Source: Lytechinus pictus (Eukaryota). From it: a DNA stretch of 64,000 nucleotides. The stretch lies in the NCBI RefSeq assembly GCF_037042905.1, contig NC_087245.1, positions 13,022,001-13,086,000 on the forward strand. The letters are read 5' to 3'. Each line of letters begins with the position of its first letter. Position 1 is the first letter of the stretch. The position numbers were made by a program, and so were the translations under genes. The notes below the pieces were generated by a model. The model had not been told where the DNA came from. It was given only the letters and a program-made list of their open reading frames with translations, and ran no database searches. Shown here one piece after another: positions 51,567 to 63,742 of this stretch.

Positions 51567-54500
51567 GGTTAAGCAACGTTTAATACAACGATAGTGTGGA
51601 TTGAATGTATTCATTAACCATTTCAGGCACCTTACAACTGTGTCATTTGACCGCAAAGTTGCTTTACCTAGCCCGAAAACCACAAACAGTAGTTACCGCA
51701 AAACTGCCCGCCATGTACCTGAGGTCATTGATTGATTACGTCAATTTCTTGTGGTGATTTGTTTTGATTAAACTTAATTGTCGATTTAATAAATTCTCCT
51801 TGTATGACTTTTAAAAAGTTTTTACATATTTTCACTTTAAATCAAGGAGTCAAACAATACAAATCAATTAATTAAGGAACCAAAAGCAGAAAACGTTGAT
51901 ATTGTAATCATGGTAATAGAAATGCGTGGTAGATAACAAATCAAGGTAGAGTTATTTGGACAGGAAATCGGATAACGTATATAGAAAAAACAAGAAATGA
52001 GGACAAAAAATGGATCTTAAATTTTCTCAATTCTGCTGATTTATCTAGGTAGCGAGCATCTTTCGAAAGACGTTTCCTAGGGCTCGAACTCCAGACCTCT
52101 TCATTAGTTTATGATATTCGCTAAGGTGGTACTATTAACATGATTTTAAATAAATAAATACAAAGGTAGATTACAAGCGCACGCCATAACGCCGCGCCAG
52201 CTCAGTGACAAGACTACGAACATAATGCCATCAAAACCCAGTTGTCTTAACGAAGTTTGCACGTTTTTTCAGTAGTTGAAACGTCGGTGTGCATATCATT
52301 TTACGCTTCACTGAATTGAACCAACTTTTGACCAATCAGCTGCTTTCTCAGCCGATCCGTCTGTGCGCTTAGTCTTTGTATTCAGCATTTTTTGTAGGCC
52401 TACTTCAGATATAATAGAAAATTCGTAAAATAACTCCTTTCCATATCAGTGAGTGTTAATCTACTTTGTCGTCATAGGGATAATTTTCACGCATATCATT
52501 TTTCTTATAGACTGACAACGCCAATTACTAAACAATTTTATTAACAGAGGTCAATTATTAGGGTGAACTTCCCTAGATATGATACCAACTATAGCTTATA
52601 AAGATAACTCAGTGTTTGTCCTTCAGTTTGACTGTTTTCTTCACACTCACTCATAGCCAATCAATGTATCACGTTTCTGGACTAGAATGGGGACTCCACT
52701 TCGCTTGACCCCTATGCAAAAGTACTTTGTTAAATATGAGCCACAATAGTAACTTGTTAAAAATAGATTGCGTAAAAATAAAAACAAACAAATTTTAATT
52801 CAAATGAATATTCGATCGCTAGTTGATTTGTATTTGTGTAAAATAGTGTAGATATAGGCAGTGGCGTGCATTTCTTTTAGCCTTGATGAAACGTGACACA
52901 AATGGACTTCGATTTAAGTTCTTTTCCCATTTACAAAACTTATAATTGCGGCATCGTCAACATATTGAAAATGAAATATGTTATCATTGTATTAGGTTGT
53001 CCACGCATGAGTGTTGACATAATGAGAAGGTTTGGCAACGTAGACTAATCAGTTTAACTGGACACTCGCCCCAACAGCCGTTCCAACGAATCAATCTACG
53101 CCTTGTTCGCTGTCCGACCAGGGTAACCCTAATTAAAAGTTTACCACTCACTTAACGATATGCTTGTATAATTATCCAGTCAAAGGTCATTGACCTCGCA
53201 TGATTCTACAGTCAGATACACATTTCATTTGCAGAATTGAGTCAGTAGTTCTCTATCCTCCTCTTTTGGTCTCTCCAATAATTATGATCCATGGATGATT
53301 TAGAATGTATCATACTCGCTTCCTTTTCTCGCTTACACTATTTTTTTGTACTCTTCCGTTCTCCCCCTCTCTCTTTCCCTCCCCACCCCCACACACATAC
53401 CCTCTCTCTCTCTCGAGAAATAAAAACTATTGTCACATGCTTATTTGTTGGCCGCCATCATCACTCTTTCGTCTCCCCTTTAATTTCTTGTTTTCTGGTA
53501 CTATTGTATACATAAAAGATCTGTTTTTATATTTATCTGTCGCTATAGTTTGTTTGTTTGGCAGATGTCCATATCTATTTGAGTCATTGGTCAAGCAAAG
53601 TGATTTATGATGGTCAAACATACAGCAAAGAATTTAGGAGACGTTGAATGAATGTTTTTAACACATGCTCTGAGAGTGAATCACTCACTGATCATCGTCT
53701 CTCCGCCGTACTTTCACTCCTCGATTCGGTCTAAATCACAGATCAGATCAGCCAATTAACATCAATTGACTAGCAGTAGACTTTATTCAGTTTCCCTGAT
53801 TACCAAGTTGATTTTTTGGCCATTCTTTATTACTTTGTCTTATACAAATTTGGGCTATTTTGTCTAAATGATTGATTGGTCTAATTGCTATATTAATTCT
53901 TTTGATAATTGCTAATTTAATCTTTATTCATTCGCTTACACAAGTCAACGAGAAACGTCTTCTTTCTTATGCTTGAGGTTTGAACGAAAATATTCATGAG
54001 GTCTCGAACGAGATAAATAATATGAGGGGGGTTGTAGAAGGGTTAACTATTTCATGTATGAGAGGCAATACAGTCATATGTCAAATTAGAATAGTATGTA
54101 ACTTCAAGTTTCTAGTTCATCAAATTGACTTCAGATATTACTTTTAATGCTTCAAATCATGTTTAAATTTGTCAAAAACTGTGAAAAATTTTATGTTAAT
54201 TCAAAGGCTAGATGCATGCTTAGTGTGAAAGAAACGGTGAGAGCAATAAAGAGCGTCTATTAAAGTTTCACTCCGTCAGTGGCTGTCGTTTTGCTATTCC
54301 TCTGTCACGTATTTCTAATTTGTTTCGTCTTTCATCGCAACCTTCACGTGCAATTTGGCGTCAAGGGTCATACAAGGTTTAAGTTTGGGAGGGGGCATCC
54401 AAAACCTTTTCCGTCCCAGCACTTTTTTTTCACTCTATGCAATACCTGTTATTTCTACCAGCAGCAACTAGTGATTGGCTGTTTTCTGTGCTTGTATACC

Positions 54501-55748
54501 AAGGCTTGTACATCTTTCTTTTCGTTTACACTAAGGCTTGGCAAGCAGTATTCCATGATGAATTTAGAAAAAAAGCAAACTTTGTCAATTAGTACTTTCA
54601 TGGAAGTACTTATTTTGATTAATAATAATGTTGCCATAAAAGTTATCATTGAGTAACAATGTTACTATAATAGTATTTTTGTACTAGAGGCCGGAAATAT
54701 TCCTTAAATGTATTGTTCTTTGGCTCACGAAATGTGTGAACGAATGCCAGTTGAAAATTCCAGTTGATATTGTCGGACAACCAACACATTTAACCGATTT
54801 TGTATTTCATATCATAATATCGTTTACCCGAAGACCGTCTTAGTCGAATTAAATCATATGTGGAAAGATAGACGCCGAGTAAATGAGACTATACCGTGAA
54901 TATGTTAAAATGGAGAAAAAATAAAAGGGTTTGAATGAATTCTCTTGCGGACATGGAGGTAAATTTTCATCATCACTTTCAAGAGTGAAACATGTTACAT
55001 TCTCCTCCCTCAACACTCTAGTCATCATCATAAATCTGTCACTCACTGAATGACGTTGACTTAACTTGACGCCAGTCAGTCCAACCAAGTTCAAATCCTT
55101 TCCATTTTGAATTCGCCTTCAGCAGTCGAGACTGTCGAACCTTATTCCGACTGATGGTGTCCCTCCCGCTGACCTGAAGTGTGGACACCCCCGATCTCCC
55201 CTTCTTTCCTACTCTCCTACCATGTACAATAATGATGTTCCTGTGCTTCCAGTAGAATTACTCCTTTCTTTCATTCATTTATTTGCAGATCACAATTTAT
55301 TTTGTAAATCAAGACAATTGTAATGTAAATGTCAACTCAACTCTGACTTTGACATGTTTGAGGTTAATGAATAATTATCTGGTATAATTTTTGTATGAAA
55401 CTTCCTCATCGTGATAGAGAAATTCTGTTCTGAAACCATGTTTGTATAATTTCGTCAAACATAAATGTAGGAAAGGTATAGCACGAAATTCATTCAAGTA
55501 CTAACCTTGAACTTCGTCTTGCTCACTTTCTAAAATAAATCCCTTCTTACTCCTAACAAAAGGGTCACTAGTTTTGAAGTTATTGTATAACTTTCCTCTT
55601 AATAATTCACTGTATAAGATTGAGTTACAGCATGGACCTATTCGTAATAGGTCCATGGTTACAGTTAGGTTACATTGAATCATACTAGAAATCTTTTTCA
55701 AATCGCTTACTTCCCTCTCTCTTTCTCTCTCCCTTGTGTCGTTTTCAG

Positions 55749-56023
55749 GTATGAAAGAGACAGCGTTCCTCTCCGCCATCAGCTCAGCGGGTCTCGTTCA
55801 CGCCATCGCCCAGGGCTGCAGTCGAGGGACGCTCGATCGATGCTCGTGTGACGATGTCAGCTTCAGTGCCGAGGCAAACAGGGAAGCGTGGAAATGGGGA
55901 GGGTGCGGCGATAACCTCAAGTACAGCCAAAGGTTCCTCAAAGATTTCTTGAAGAACAGATCTAGTGGAAGTAGGGATCTAAGAAGTAAGATGGAGATGC
56001 ATAACAGCGACCTGGGAATAAGG
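55749..56023 (+). CDS. WNT9: Wnt9 exon 3
   Basis: Long pyrimidine tract and CAG acceptor ending at 55748; GTAAGA donor at 56024; phase 1/0. Translates [35 protein letters not shown]...[25 protein letters not shown]...[19 protein letters not shown] and [17 protein letters not shown] are Wnt9-like. Confidence 0.97.
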
Positions 56024-56902
56024 GTAAGATATCATAATTAGTCGTTTTTCGGTCATTGCATTCACAGGGTCCTGGGAACGATTTATTTAAAAAAAATATA
56101 GGTGCTGGTTTAAATTTTGTCAAGCCACAAAAAAGGGTGCCACCACAAAATGAAGGTGATTTTGATCCAAGAAAAATCGATAAGCAAAGAAAGGAACAAA
56201 ATGAAGATTTAATTCAAGTCATTTATAGAGTTAATTAGAATGGAGAAAATTGATCTGTATAGCTTTAAAGCGCGCCACAGCCAGCCCTAAGCTTAACCCA
56301 TTGGAAAGAAAAATGTCACATGGTTTCAAAAAGTTCCATTCCAAATCATAAAATTGTTTTGTCCTCACACCAATTTCACATTTAATGCGCTTAGGACGTA
56401 AAGAAAAATACTAAACCATAAATACTCGGGGGGGGGGGGTCTTTCTTATTTTAAATAAAAAGTTACAATGAGAAAAGGTTGTCTATTAAACTAACAAGAC
56501 AACAGAAAGAGAAACATGAAAATAAGAACAACAATCTTGGGGCTTCAAACATGAACTTGATGTGGAACTGTCACAATAGAGACAGGAAGCCTCGCCGATG
56601 AATGACATCAAAGGTCATTTATATGGGCCAGGTTGTATCTCATTTTGTCTATCACGTAACTTTTGACCTTTGATTATCAGGTGACGTCTGGCCCACCTCT
56701 CATAAATAGCTTTCTGGTTATAATCAATCACTATACTTCTGTCCGATGTACATTAAATATGAATAATTACTGAAACACGAGACTGGAAATGGGCTTAATA
56801 TAATGATCATTTACAATGATTTAGTAATCATATAGGTCGTTATTGCTTTTCAGAAAACACAACAACTTGAATTTTAAATCTACATGTAAACCTATTACAA
56901 AT

Positions 56903-57199
56903 GGAAGAGTCTTGGTGTAGCGGTTCTGATTCTCGCCTTGTAATCAGAGGGTCGTGTGTTCGAATCCCACCTCGGCCTAGCGTCGGTTGGTAAGGCCTTA
57001 ATCCACACTTTGCCACTATCCACCCAGGTACTAAATGGGTACCTGGTACGATGTGAAAGTCGTTTAGCTTGTGCACGCCTCAAGGCGACTGGCTGGAATA
57101 CTTCCCAGGGAGTGGAGAATGTGCATGCATTGTGTGCGAGAATGACCGATTGACCGAGTTCATAATAAATCCGTAAGCGCTTAGAAACGTATTATAAAT
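56903..57199 (+). mobile_element. tRNA-derived SINE, near full length
   Basis: A box TGGTGTAGCGG (56913-56923), B box GTTCGAATCC (56958-56967), central ccacccaggtactaaatgggtacctgg domain, and LINE-like 3' end aagcgcttag. Confidence 0.8.
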
Positions 57200-57834
57200 C
57201 ACCAGACTGTCATAACGATATTTAAAGTCACTAACTAACGGATTCGGTTCGATTTAAATTTTGAAAATAAAAAATTAATGATACTAGCAATATTATTAGG
57301 ATATCAATGAAATTAAGACAACTGTCATAACTCAAACTAACTGATTATTAGGTGAAATATGTGACTCTAGAATATAGAGTCTATATTCACAGGTATGTGA
57401 AACACAACATGAACATAAGTTCCTATATGATATCCTGGTGAACTTTTGACCCAAAGAAAGCCTAAACAGAAAATATGTTTTTCAATATAGTCGGTAAGAT
57501 GAAAGTGTGATAAAATTACAATCTCTTTGTCGGTGAAAGTCCACTTTATGGGTTGGACGACTAAGTCAATTGCCCCACTGTCATTGTGGTGCCGTATGAG
57601 GACGGTTGTTCTAAATAGGTGACATCATTGATTAAGCAATACAAAAATCATAATTATTTCTGTCTCTGTTTATGGTGACTCCCGTAGGAACTCGGCAGGA
57701 CAGCTTTTTGCTGGTAAACGCCAAGCTGGTATATAACCAATTACTTATAGGAAACATTTTACGTCTAGGTTAATCAGTCATAATGGCTGACCTTATACCT
57801 TATAGACGACAGATATTACTCTGGGGGCTTTTTT

Positions 57835-57924
57835 ATCAAAGTGGAGACAATGGCAGAGTGGGGATTCGAACTCACAACCTTACGATTATGAGTCCAATGC
57901 TCTAACCACTGGACCACACGACCC
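57835..57924 (-). mobile_element. tRNA-like SINE head or tRNA pseudogene
   Basis: Reverse complement ggtcgtgtggtccagtggttagagcattggactcataatcgtaaggttgtgagttcgaatccccactctgcca has A and B boxes, but the acceptor and anticodon stems are mispaired. Confidence 0.6.
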
Positions 57925-58214
57925 GTGATCATGTGAAGTTGTTTCATATCGTAAAAGCCATTAAAAAAAGTTTTAGGAATCATTGATTTGGTCGGATGAT
58001 AGGTCTTTAAGGTGACGGTGAACAATATAGACACGTGTTCTTTTCAGTTCTCTAATGGAGGTCTATATATTTATAATACAGGATCCTATTTCGCCTTCTC
58101 GCTTTCTCTTTTCAAGTAATTTGTAACTCGATGTTATGTTTGAATTAATATCAAAATTGAATTTCTTTACTCAATGTTTTCTTTTTTTCACTTCGCTTCC
58201 CTCTTCCATTCCAG

Positions 58215-58700
58215 ACTGTTAAAAAACGAGTCGACAAGGTCTGCAAATGTCACGGCATCTCAGGGGCATGCACCACGCAGACATGTTGGAAACAGCTTGG
58301 GCCTTTCCATAGCATCGGTGATGAGCTTAAACAGAAATATGAACGAAGTGTTCAGGTCATTCTTGCCAACCGCGCCGACGGTGAAAACCAGCTCGTCCGC
58401 AGACGACAGTCCCGTAATGAGGAGAAACTCTATCCCGATTCGCCGACCTCGCCGGGGTCTGGTGATCTCGTGTTCGAGAGAACGTCGCCGGATTTTTGCA
58501 CGCCGAGTAAATATTCAGTTGGGACTGGAGGGCGAACTTGTGATAAGGTTAGGACTTGTAACAGCATTTGTTGTGGACGAGGCTACAATATTCGGAGCGT
58601 TATGGTGACACGCGCATGCCAGTGCAGATTCCATTGGTGCTGTGACGTCATTTGTCAGCGCTGCACGACACTCGAAGAGATACACCTTTGTAGAGCATAA
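58215..58700 (+). CDS. WNT9: Wnt9 exon 4 (C-terminal cysteine-rich domain)
   Basis: CAG acceptor ending at 58214; phase 0; 161 codons plus TAA. Translates TVKKRVDKVCKCHGISGACTTQTCWKQL...SPDFC...GTGGRTCDKVRTCNSICCGRGYN...CQCRFHWCCDVICQRC...HLCRA*. Includes the lipidated Ser motif CKCHGxSG and the short C-x5-C-x3-CCGRG loop typical of Wnt9. Confidence 0.97.
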   Translation, partial: TVKKRVDKVCKCHGISGACTTQTCWKQLGPFHSIGDELKQKYERSVQVILANRADGENQLVRRRQSRNEEKLYPDSPTSPGSGDLVFERTSPDFCTPSKYSVGTGGRTCDKVRTCNSICCGRGYNIRSVMVTRACQCRFHWCCDVICQRCTTLEEIHLCRA

Positions 58701-59676
58701 GACACTAGATGTGACATAGAGGTCAATAAGATACATCTCTGTGAGATGTGATGAACCTTGAAATGACAATAGAAACGCAGTGAGAGTTCAACTAGACAGT
58801 GCATGGGAATATCGGGGAACAAGTGGAAAAATCATTAAATGATTTAAGTTCATGATGTTTTTCAGACGGAGGACTTATGAAGCTATTCTTGAAATAAAAA
58901 TAACTTAAAGCGACAGAATTCGTCAACATATAACATTAAGTTGGATTGTTACTTATCATTGTCTTCGACACTATGAACTCTCGCAGGATTTCATCATTAT
59001 TTTCATGATGACTTCGTATTATCCTAACTATATAAAATGATTGGTGTTGGTCCTACTTTCCAACAGTAGACCAGAGCTTCCGAAATTGTATAATGTGACA
59101 TCTAGCTTAACCCCTTTTCGGTTCTGAGAAATGTACAATGATTTCTATTGTCTTCCAGTCTGTAAATTCAACTTCCATCAAACAATTCTATGATTCTACC
59201 ACTTGTAAAACTATATGAGAAGTATGCAAATGAGAAATGAGAAGAGAGTCAATGCAAATGTTTATAATAGCCAACAAGACTTAAAAATGCATTAACTGAA
59301 TTGATAGTGAGGACGCTCTCTATGCCCTCAGAGCCATACTTTTGACGTAAACAGCGCCATCAGACGTAACTGGCCTTGGTTTCCTTTAAAGGTCAAGTCC
59401 ACCCCAGAGAAATAATGACTTGAATAAATAGAGAAAATCAAACTAGCAAAACGCTGGCAATTTCATCAAAATTGGATGTAAAATAAGAAAGTTATGACAC
59501 TTTAAATTTTCGCTTATTTTTCACAAAACAGTGATATGCACAACTCAAATGAGAAAGTCGATGATGTCCCTCACTCACTACTAGTATTTCTTTTGTTTTT
59601 TTATTGTTTGAATTATACAATATTTCATCTTTTATAGATTTGACAATAAGGACCAACTTGACTGAATCATATAGTA

Positions 59677-60894
59677 TAGGTTTTCCTGCCCATTTTCATC
59701 AAAGTTGCATTTAAATTAATGAAAGGACGTTCAAATTCGAAATATTTCGTCCACCCTCTGCACACATGGTTCATTTTCATTTATTCAGCATTCAACTCCG
59801 TTCTATATCATTCCTTTGAATTTTGTAGAAATTCGTTCAAATTAATGGTCCAAATGTGTCATTTAATTTCGCGACGACGAACTGATCGTTTAATTTCGCC
59901 TAAAATACCATTTTCAATTTCATTTATCGGCACACATATTTGCACTTTAAACGTCCAAATTCAGATTACATGTTTCTGTGTTCATTTTTTTATTACGTAA
60001 TACAATATTTTGTTCAAACTTTACACATCTTCCTATTTTTTCTGATCTTTTCAGTTAGTTCCATTATGTTTGATAAAGACGTAACACTTATGTAACACTT
60101 ACAGGATATGGTTGTAAACGTTTATTCTTTTAGTGATTGATGAGTCGGTGTAGGGGCGGATCCAAGATTTCACAAAAGGGGGGGCACATTTTTCTCAAGG
60201 AATTTGACGAGCCAAAAAACAAAACAATAAAAAGGTTTTTAACCAAAGAATAAGGGTATATCGTTTACGAAATAAAATTAATTGTGCCTCTCAAAAGTGA
60301 ATCCGCCAGTGAGTGGGTTGATGACCTATGCCAATGGTAGGTATTTTTTCTTTATCATCTTTTTATTTTATTTTATGTTACATAATTGCAATTTATATCG
60401 TTTTGGGGAAGGGATAAGAAACATGGTATTGACCACAGTCTATACAGTAGTTATGAAAGTGGAACAAAATTGAGTTGTTGTTCCGATGATGGTTTGTCAG
60501 ATGGATGATACATTTCAGTAAAATTGTAAACATCCAATTTAGAAGTAAAACCCATTTCCATAATTATTCAAAAGAAGTAAAAACACAAAACAACAACGAA
60601 AAACGCTGTCCATATCGTATAAGTGATTGCATATTAATGATTTTGAATTCCTAAACGTTCGCAAGGAGGGTACCGGTGCGAATTTGAAAACTCTTTTTCA
60701 GCTATTTTAATTTGATCGTTCTTTATACACGTTTAAATGAGATAACCATGAAATCGCGTGCAAATAGAATTAAACTGAATGAAGTATTTGGCTATTTAAA
60801 TGCTGATCTCATAGGTCATTCAAATTAGTTGCAAATTGAATTATTACATCATTAAATCGGTTGAAATTTTGACGAAATTGGACGGGAAAACCTA
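59677..60894. mobile_element. Nested non-autonomous TIR element (TAGGTTTTCC...GGAAAACCTA), TA flanks
   Basis: Imperfect ~45-bp TIRs aggttttcctgcccattttcatcaaa / tttgacgaaattggacgggaaaacct. TA at 59675-59676 and 60895-60896. Confidence 0.7.
60151..60311 (+). mobile_element. Short AGGGGCGGATCC...GAATCCGCCAGTG element (hAT-like, tentative), third nesting tier
   Basis: Inverted GGCGGATCC/GAATCCGCC ends. Flanks AGTCGGTG and AGTGGGTT match at 6 of 8 positions. Confidence 0.5.
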
Positions 60895-62736
60895 TATTAA
60901 ACAATGCTCATTCTACATGTTCAGGGAGGAATTAATCTTTGTTTCATTTGACAATGAGGAGAAAAATAGAATATTCCCTATTTCATTTAATGAAATACAA
61001 AAGAAATAGTGAGTGGATGACGTCATCAGTCTCCTCATTTGCATACCCACCAGGATGTGCATAACTGCTTTGTGAAATTACGCAAAACCTTAAAATGTCA
61101 TAACTTTCTTATTTTACATCCGATTTTGATTAAATTTTCAGTGTTATGCTTGTTTGATTTTTTTCTTTTTATTTAAATCAACTGTTTCTTGGGGTGGACT
61201 TGTCCTTTAAAATCAGATCAAGCCTATATACGTTGTGTGTACACTCGCCCTTTTAAACCGCCATATGGAAATATGGAAGGAATAGAGTTTAATGTCACGT
61301 AACCTTCAGAAAGACTTCCTTTAATCACGGTTTTAATACAATTACAAAGTGCCACAAAAAGGTAAAAACTAAACAAAATTATATGATAATCGTTTTGGCA
61401 ATAAAGATATTCTGCCTATTGTGTCTATTCATAAATTATTGCGATTATTCAATTCAATTCGTCGATTTGGAATTCAAAAGCAACTTTCCTTTAAATTCCG
61501 AAGCTATGACAATATCTGAATACTTTTTTTGTTCCTTCCGAATGAGATGAAAGGGGACTTAACTCCGTCACTTCAAATATTGTTCGTCCTTTGAATTATA
61601 TACCAAAGATCATGAATAGTTATGTTATTATAGATTCATTTCGTCAGAGGTAATAAATTCACTTTCTTCTTTTTAGTCAAATAAGGAATAAATATTTATC
61701 TAGAAATGTAATAATTAAAGTAGTCAAATACTGTATCAATTAATTACAATATGGTTTTGATATCATACCACGATTATTAGTTTTCATATTTTCCATGATC
61801 GTAATAATATTTGAATTTTATGCTTAAGACCCTAAAACAATTATTATGAATTGATTTCTTTTATGAATAAAATCAAATATATGTATATGAACAATTTGTT
61901 ATACGTCATCTAATTAAATTTGAATTTTTGAGTCTGAAGTTATGATAAGTTATGAAATGTTTTTCAATTGCTACTGAAAATATATTATGTATTGAGTTAT
62001 GTTTCTTTAGGAAGCAAATGTAAATTGTATTCTATTGTGTATGTACATTGCGTACATCTCATGTATTCAATTCATCGTTCATCTTGCCGAAGATGAATAT
62101 GTTATATGAATTAATTATTTTTGCATGTGAAATCACCTTTTTATTGTAAATATATTTATGATAATTTGTTCATAGCTTGTTATACTTGTGACTGAATGTA
62201 CTTTTTTAAAGCTCAGAGCGCACACCACATTGACAATTGTTAAAGGTGTTGAAATCTTTGAGAAACCATAACAAAACGTCATTAGTGAATATAACTCTTT
62301 TGAAAAAAAATTTAAAAAAAAACCCAGTAATTAAGTTGATATATATAGGTGCACAATCAACAGAAACGGGTGGGTTAAAGTTTCAGATAATTCTACTTCG
62401 ATGTGAGAAACTGGTAAGTTATTTTCAGATGCAAATTAACAATGTGACTTTCAATTCGATTTTTTTTTCTCTACTTGTATTTTAGTATTTAATAAAGTAC
62501 AATTTCTTAGATAATGATGATGCAAGTGATAATTGCCTCCCTTATAAGGGTAAAAAGTAACATAATTTCATTTTTTAAATAATCATAGAGAGCCAGTATT
62601 TGTTTTTATTAATGGCGTATCTTATGGGGGGCAGAAGTGCCACTCGGAGGAAGCACAAAGCAGCAAAAGAAAAAAAGGGAATAAAAAGGGGAAACATTAA
62701 TTAGATTGTAGTGTGCATTTTTGTGCCTGTCATTAG

Positions 62737-63234
62737 AGGATAATTTCACTCTGACGAATATTTTATTGTAGAAATAGCAGAAAAAATTATTCAAAGCATC
62801 GGTCACGGTTTGATGAAAATCCATTAAAGATTAAGAAATTTATTGGAATTTAGGTTTTTGATTTGTGACGTCATATGCGAGCAGCTGCATAAATGTCAAT
62901 TTATAATGGTTCGTGATGACTAAGATCTTTCTTCTTTCAGGAGCGGGTGTGAAATAATATTTTGTTTTGTAGTAATATTTATTATTCATTAATAATATGT
63001 TGCACGATATGCTGTACGATAAAACCCATTATCAATTTTTGCAGAAAATGACAGTTCATTGATTTTTTTTAATTCACGATACGTGTGAAGCTGCTCGCAC
63101 GTGACGTCACAAATAAAAAAATCTAATAACTGTTTAATATTATTCTTTGTTGGATTTTCATCAAACAACCAATATTTTTAAATTATTTTTCTGCTATTTT
63201 TACAATAAACTTTTTATCAGGGTGAACTTTCCCT
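62737..63234. mobile_element. Kolobok-type MITE (second family, relative of 42086-42572)
   Basis: AGGATAATTTCACTCTGA...TCAGGGTGAACTTTCCCT ends. Internal inverted tttgtgacgtca...gcgagcagct / agctgctcgc...tgacgtcacaaa. Confidence 0.7.
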
Positions 63235-63289
63235 TTTAAAAAATGCATCAACATTTATTTTAAGGGTGTAAATTACGAAAGCTTTTGAA

Positions 63290-63742
63290 AGCCCGGTCAC
63301 TTTGCTCCCTTGCATTTTTTTTCCTGTTATAATTTTGTACTTCGCTTCCCATTTGCCGTAAGCGTTCTTATGGGACTCTTCTATAGATACATTATTTTTG
63401 TGAGGGGCTTATTGTTTGCTCCAAGACAAAACAATGCTTATTTAATACTAAGCCACAGTGTAAGGCAGATGGTAAATTTGTATTTCTTGTCTCTCATATA
63501 TGAAAAGTAGGATTTCATCTTTATCCCCCAAAATTATCATAAAATGTACATTGATTAATAATACTGGGTGTTGCCGATTTAAGTATTTCCACCATGATCG
63601 ACGGGGACGCCCTTCATAAGTTATAAACTCCTGAAATCCTTCAACCTGATCGTGTTTCAGCGAAAATCGCTGTTAAAGTTTTTTCATTTACTCCTAAGAA
63701 TTCGTCACATTCGGATTTTCACTTTTGTGATTGTGACCGGGT
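63290..63742. mobile_element. Possible degenerate TIR element
   Basis: AGCCCGGTCAC and GTGACCGGGT inverted ends ~450 bp apart; no clear TSD. Confidence 0.3.

Larger units (their letters stand above)
59390..61206. mobile_element. Kolobok/T2-type MITE (same family as 14154) interrupted by a 1.2-kb nested element
   Basis: TTAA TSD (59386-59389, 61207-61210) and ends AGGTCAAGTCCACCCC...GGGGTGGACTTGTCCT. Both halves align to 14154-14756. Confidence 0.88.

Noticed and set aside
57835..57924. Functional tRNA gene with a CAT anticodon
   Set aside because: Acceptor and anticodon stems are mispaired; better explained as a SINE head or pseudogene. The same applies to the tRNA-like heads at 41087 and 56903.
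58174..58608. 144-aa ORF, and antisense ORF 58515..58769
   Set aside because: Alternative-frame shadows of the GC-richer Wnt9 exon 4; no independent support.
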